A stretch of DNA of 56,270 nt, counting the filler, from Dugesia japonica (taxonomy: Eukaryota): NCBI GenBank assembly GCA_001938525.1. It is 5 parts of 5 records of this genome, joined end to end, with 100 filler letters (N's around TTAATTAATTAA, not from the genome) between each part and the next. Parts side by side here need not be neighbours in the genome. Positions count along the whole stretch, not along the records: positions 44,543 to 56,270 come from MQRL01625802.1; 4 more parts are not named here. One strand, given 5' to 3'. The notes under the pieces were generated by a model. That model did no database searches. It had not been told where the DNA came from and saw nothing but the letters and a program-made list of their open reading frames with translations. This document shows positions 50,401-56,270 of the stretch, one piece after another. How positions within the stretch are numbered: position 1 is the stretch's first letter; each line of letters starts with the position of its first letter. Made by a program: the position numbers and the translations under genes.

Positions 50401-51772
50401 ACCAAAGGAGTCAAAACCAGTCAAACTGTACATCTGAATCGATATTAATTTTGACTGAGAGCATCTAATTTTAACATTAATACTGTTCGGAATCATCCAT
50501 TATTTAATATTATTAGAAAACAACCTATATAAAGTACTGCTATAAAATTTAAATAATTTTAATTAAAATTAGTAATTAACTGTTTTCAAATCTAAAATGT
50601 CTTGTTTAAATTCATTGTTTGCAATAAATATAATCTTTTCAAATTTCCAAAGTTTTTATTCGTATATACAAGTCAAATCTTTTAGAAACTGTTCAATAGT
50701 ACAAAGGAAAATTTGACAGCACTTGTATACCTTCTATCTAGACCAATACAAATCATTAAACACAATATATCCAATAAGCCTACTACATTCAATGCATTCG
50801 CTACATTTATTAATTCTATACATTCAATTCATTTACGTAATTGATTTACATATTGTATTCAATGCTTTCATTTATTTTAATTTAATCGTTCAAGTTAATC
50901 AATACAGTCACTTAATCCCTGAATATGCTTTATTTGTTACAGTAGTCACTATTTTCATTAAAATAAACACTAAGCAGATTCTAATGCTTAACATATTCTA
51001 TAGTTATAATCTATTTCATCTTACAACTAATCATCAACTAAATTCAATACAATCAATTTACATAGTTATTTATTATGTAAAAGACTCAAATGATTTTATT
51101 CACCTATTAAGTCCTTTGAAAATAAACCTTCTAATTTTAAAACAAGTAATTAATTCAGCCACTTGACTATTCATTCTAAATAATCCATTCGCTGAATACA
51201 CTTGACCATTATTTTCAATAAATATGCAATAAGTTTTAAAAATTTCCTTAGATTTTCTTAATAAATTTTTAATTAATTTTAATTACAACATTCAAAATAT
51301 AGACTAAGTTTTAATGTCTAAATTTTCTTTAAATCACTTAGAATCTTTTAAAAATATTTATAAAAAATTTCAATAAATTTAGACTAAGTTCCACAAATTT
51401 ATTTGGTTTTCATTAAATTTTCACCAACCATTCAATTGAACCATTAAATAACATGAATTATTCTCCTGATGTTATGAAAGATGATAATATGATGAACAAT
51501 GACACAAATTATTCGAATAATGTAAATTGGAAAGAGATCCAAATTCTTTAAGTAATCTTTGTTACTTTCATTCTTATAATTTAATAATATAATATAATAT
51601 TAATATAATATAATATTATAATTTCAGAACATGTCATAAAGAACAAAGAATAATATATGATTGAATTAAACAAACCATAATGTTTTATACATGTTTTGAT
51701 TTATAAAAAAGTAAAATAAAAAAGTTATAAAATAATAAGACAAAGTATTTGTTAATAATAATATTTTTTCAA

Positions 51773-52187
51773 TTAAGATTTCAATGGATTTAATTTTCCA
51801 AAGAGTTTTACTATATTTTCCAATTTTTTGTAACCACATATTTCAACATTAATCATTGCTTTTTCATTTTGAACCTTATCTTTTGATTTTATGAATGATG
51901 ATTCGTCTATTTTCATATTGCTGTTGAATCTAGCAAAAACTTCATTTAATATTTTAAGATCACTAGCACTTATATTTGAAATCAATAATCATAAAAGCAT
52001 TGTTTTAGTTTTATCGGGTCCTAAATAAAAGTTTTAATAAAGTAATTAATAATTATAAAAGTACTTGAAATGTATACATGATTGGTTTCTTTAAGTTAAC
52101 CAATTCATATTTAAAGTAATTGGTTGACTTTCCATATTTGAAAACCAATGTAGACGCATTATCTTTAATCAATGTGATTGATGCCAT
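51773..52187 (-). pseudogene. Intron-containing orphan gene (~122 aa, one frameshift), paralogue of 24737-25335
   Basis: Exon 52187-52065 (MASITL...KKPIMYTFQ), a 44-nt GT-AG intron (52064-52021), then DPIKLKQCFYD/LISNISASDLKILNEVFARF...LNPLKS*. Its last ~45 nt are duplicated at ~52518-52561. Confidence 0.55.
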
Positions 52188-52785
52188 TTTGAAATAATGA
52201 ATACTAAATTAAAGTTTCTGTTTATGAACGCACTGTTTTTTACTCTTTTCCATCTCCACCTCTACATATATCTTAACCTCAATGACCGTCTTATTATTAT
52301 TCGCACATTTTAACAAGTCATCGGTTCAAATCAGTTTTACTTTTATTTTTTAGTAGGTAGTTTATATATCTTCCTTGAATTTTAACCTCTATACTGGGTC
52401 TACCTTGCATTATATCATATTTATCTTTATGTGTTCATTCTCTTCTAATGCCATTATTCTGAAATCATCATTTCTCGTTACTTTTTCTATTATCCTAATG
52501 TCTTTATAATATTTATTCAATTAAGATTTTAATGGATTTAATTTTTCAAAGAGTTTTACTGTTATACAGATTTTTAGAATTTTTCTGCAAAAACGCATAT
52601 ACTTTTCTGTCTACTCTTTCTTCTTTCTTTCACCTTTTTTACCATTAATTTAACTACTTTTATTATAAATATCTCTATCGCAACCTGAATTGTTTTTTTA
52701 AGTCCTTTCCCCAATTATCTCACCGGGAAATTTCTGGGTGTAAATATTCTCGGATGAGGTCCATCGATGTGCTGGTCGCCATTTT

Positions 52786-53272
52786 AGTAACAGATACATT
52801 CTCATTATTGATCAACATAATGCTGAATATGAAAAACTCAAAAAATGATTACTTGTAATAATTAAAACCTAGGAACTCAAACGATTTTAAATAATTAAAA
52901 CTTTATAATTAAATTATAACTTAATAATATCAAAAACTTTATTTATTAAATTATTATTCAAGTTCTTGACTTAAATATTTAAACAACCTGAAAATTAAAT
53001 AAAATTCTTTTAATTAATTTCAATTTTTTTCTTTAAACTTTTCACTCATACCTTTGATTGATATACCTTCAATTAAATCCTTACATATTATAATAAATTC
53101 CTCTTTAAATTAATTAATTCATTTACGAAGAACTTTAATTATTAAATAGTAAACAGTAACGATTAACTATTGACTAAATAATAAATGTTTTATTTAAAAG
53201 AATTCATAGCTTAAATTTCTCAGACACTATCTTGCAATAACTCATAATGAAAATTAATCTTTATCTCTTACA
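52786..53272 (-). mobile_element. LTR (~490 bp) with an upstream PPT-like tract and a downstream PBS
   Basis: Minus strand reads AAGAGGCGAATC|TGTAAG ... TGTTAC(T)A AAA TGGCGACC. Confidence 0.55.
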
Positions 53273-53399
53273 GATTCGCCTCTTAGAGCGATGACAGGAT
53301 GTAGAGCTTTCATTATATTTCATTGAAATTAAAGTAGAGATAGAGGTACATGAATAATATTTACTTTCTGCTAAACTTCACAGTTGCTGGGATATCCGA

Positions 53400-55419
53400 A
53401 AATTAAAATTGAAAAATGCTCGTATTCTCTAAGCCAAACTCTTCTGAATTAAGTTTAAAGATATGGAATAATATCAAATACAAAAATATGATAATGATTT
53501 CCAAATTTAGAGTCTATCTTTTCTCTGTCTAGAATTTTTTGATCACTCAAATAATTTCAACAAAAATAGTGTCTTAAAAACCATCAATTTCAATTTAAAA
53601 TATGCACTCTCATTACATATTTATCGCTGCGTTTATAGTTCTCAATATAAGTGCTGTCGTCAGCATCTCTTTTAATTCTTTGTAGCTTTCTTCACATTCT
53701 GAATTCCATTTTACTTTGTCACACATCTTCTTGTTTCGGATATCTGTTAATGACAAAATAATGAGAGTTTAATTATTGATATGAGCCCTATAATAATTAG
53801 CATTCCGATAAACTGGCGAACATCTTTCTTTGATTTAGGGCGGGAAAGGTCTTGTATTATTGCAACTTTGTCTGTCGTTCGGGAAACCTCTTCTTTCCCG
53901 ATCATCTTACCTAGAAACTCGATTTGAAACATCAAAAGCTAACTTTTTATAGGATTACTTGCAAGGCCGGTAGCCAATAATGCTTTTAGTGCATTTCCAA
54001 AGTTTCAATATACTCTTGATTCGTATGTGAATAGACTATAATATCATCTAAAAAAGCAGCAGTATTAGGAATATTTTTTAAGTAGACTATCCATCATTCT
54101 TTGATAAGTTGCTGGGGCACTTTTAAATCCAAATGACATTCTTTTAAACTGACAAAGAACAAAATGAGTAATAATGAGTAAATGCACTTTTAGATCTGTC
54201 CTGGAGTTTTTTTGGCATCTGATAATATCCCTTCGTTAGATCAATTGTACTAATATATTTTAAATTTCCTAACGAATCAATAATTTTTCGATTTCTTGCA
54301 TCGGATAACAGTTAAAACGTGTCTTTTCATTAATTTGCGTTAATCCTGCACTAATCTTAGTGTTTCATTTTTTTGAACGAATAAGGTAGGACTGGCATAC
54401 GAACTTGATGATTCTTCAATTATATCTTCCTTAAGTAACATCGCGATTTCATTCTTTACAGTATCTCAAGCAAATGTGCCACTACATAAGACTTGAGAGC
54501 CATTGGCTTATTATCAGTTAATTGAATGCTGAATTCCGTTGACCTTGTCAATCCTGGTTTCAACGAAAAAACGTCTTGGTAAAGTTCTACCAGTTTTTTA
54601 CACGTTTGAAATAATTCATCTAACAGTTCTTTATTGATTTGCACGGTATTCTAATCCGTTATTGCGGATTCAGATTTGAGAGCTGATTGTACGAGTATTT
54701 CTTGCTGATTTATCCGTGGGCTCAGAAGATTAACGTGAAATGTTCTTTATCTTTTCTTTGTTCATTCTGTGTCAACTTTTAGTTAACGTTTTTAATTTGT
54801 TCTACAATTTTATAGGGACCCTGCCATCCTGACATAATTTTATTAGCAGATGTCAGTAATAGAACTAAAATTTCATCGTAGGGAACAAATTGTATACCTC
54901 TTGATTTTTTATCATACTATTTCTTCTTTTTTGATTTTTAAGGTTTTTTTGCTGTAACTTTATTTCTGTAACTTGCATTAATTTATCTTTTAAGTTTAAC
55001 ACAAATTCGCAGATGTTTGATTCAACACCTTCTTTACACAATGTCTCTCTATTAGCCTTGAACATCAGATCCAAACAATAGTTCAAAAGGACTAAATCTC
55101 AAATTTTCATGGTTTGAGGATCGATACGCTTAGCATAAATATGGCAAGATTTTCTCCCAATATTTACCATTGATATCCGCTGATAATGGACTTAGCATCG
55201 TCTTTAGAGTACCATTGAATCTTTTACATATTCCGTTAGTCTGAGGGAAATATGGGGAAGTTCTGATGTGTTTGATGCCAGGAAAATTATATAATTATGT
55301 CATTATTGAGATTAAAAAGTTTGTTCCCTGATCAGTAAAAATTTCAGTAAGTATACCTACCTTACAGTAATAATGAGAAATTTTCCTAGCCACTGTTTCT
55401 GCCCGCATATTTGGAATTA
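53400..55419 (-). mobile_element. Gmr1-like Ty3/gypsy pol remnant with integrase upstream of RT
   Basis: 5' to 3': TDQGTNF, TSPYFPQTNG..RFNGTLK and WQGPYKI (integrase/GPY); then DVFSLKPG.T, IIEESSSSYASP, IDLTKGYYQ, RMSFGFKSAPATYQRMM, FLDDII and FLGKMIG (gypsy RT). Confidence 0.88.
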
Positions 55420-56040
55420 GCAGGTGTGGCTAAACTTTAGGGGCTACTATTTCTGTAAAATATGATCTGCGGGCGACAAAGAATATAAAAGGAAACGTTT
55501 AGGATGTTTTATATTTTTCAAAGATATTTTGACAAAAAAATAATAAAATTTTGAAAGAAAATATATTTAATTAAACGACACTTGACATTGCATAAATGCT
55601 GCAGATTTTTCAAAGTTTGGCTCATGCGAACCTAACACAATTCTTAGACACGATTCCAAATGTTTATCTGTTAATTGCGATCTATGTTTTGTTTTGATTG
55701 CATTTGGAAATGAAAATGCAGATTCACATAAGTATTTTGATCCAAAGAAAGCATTAAAACGTGCAACAATTATTCAAATATTTGGATATTTATCTTTATT
55801 TATCAGTTTCCAAAAATACAATTGAAAACCATTGACATAAGATTTATGTCATATTTTATATTTATTATTTCTTCTTCCAAGTCTTGTAGTGGGGGGAAAG
55901 TTGTTTAGTTTCTGACCTATGTTTTCAACATCAACGTGGTAATTAAACGGGTAAGATAAGAAACTTGAAATATTTTTGTTAGGTAAATCTTCAATTGTTG
56001 ATTCATTTTGAAAATCAGAATTCATATTGTTAGACATTTA
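55420..56040 (-). mobile_element. hAT (Charlie/Buster/SPIN-like) transposon 3' end
   Basis: FWKLINKDKYPNI..FGSKYLCESAFS..IKTKHRSQLTDKHLESCLRI..EPNF..QCQVS is a hAT dimerisation domain. The TIR-like CAGGTGTGGCTAAACTT at ~55420 interrupts the gypsy integrase. Confidence 0.85.
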
Positions 56041-56270
56041 TTATTTTACTACTACAAACTATATTTAATACAAAAAATGATTATAGGATACATTTAACTA
56101 AATAATAATATTTAGTTATCTCAATTCTTATTGGCTGAAATTATTAATTAATAATTATTATTTCCTCATATCCCCCTTCTTAAGAAACTTTCTATGTTTT
56201 CCACATTTCTTTCTAAACACTGTCCATTTTCTCCTCGTACTGCATACCGCCTTTCATGAATTTTCTCAAT

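Noticed and set aside
48805-51166. Hydrophobic ORFs 48805-49053 and 50723-51166
   Set aside because: Low-complexity AT-rich translations with non-ATG starts and no splice or domain support.

Overview
This is AT-rich, repeat-dense animal genomic DNA from a gapped draft assembly. Short 41-54 nt GT-AG introns, the AT richness and the TE mix suggest a planarian-like flatworm, but that is inference only. Host genes that can be spliced by hand: a FoxF forkhead factor (3552-4711, +), a 5'-incomplete MAP3K/STE11-type kinase (19601-11520, -), four C-terminal exons of a HELZ2-like SF1 helicase (31747-28157, -), the 3' exons of an unidentified gene (41322-41836, +) and a complete MRPL20 (41977-42554, +). 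Most of the rest is decayed mobile DNA: several Ty3/gypsy pieces (one with Gmr1-type INT-before-RT order), a Penelope element, mariner/Tc1/pogo/hAT/MULE remnants, MITEs and a Polinton/Maverick pPolB fragment. The main leads are: (1) a chuvirus/gB-like class III envelope reading frame that runs on into a possible retropepsin start; (2) two homologous orphan genes 27 kb apart that share an intron position and resemble Polinton minor capsid (penton) proteins; (3) a family of short Penelope-type hairpin retroelements with covarying minimal hammerhead ribozymes; (4) a phase-compatible HELZ2-helicase/MAP3K splice; (5) an operon-like tight gene pair ending in MRPL20. Four 100-bp gaps contain an artificial TTAATTAATTAA linker, so linkage across them is unproven.
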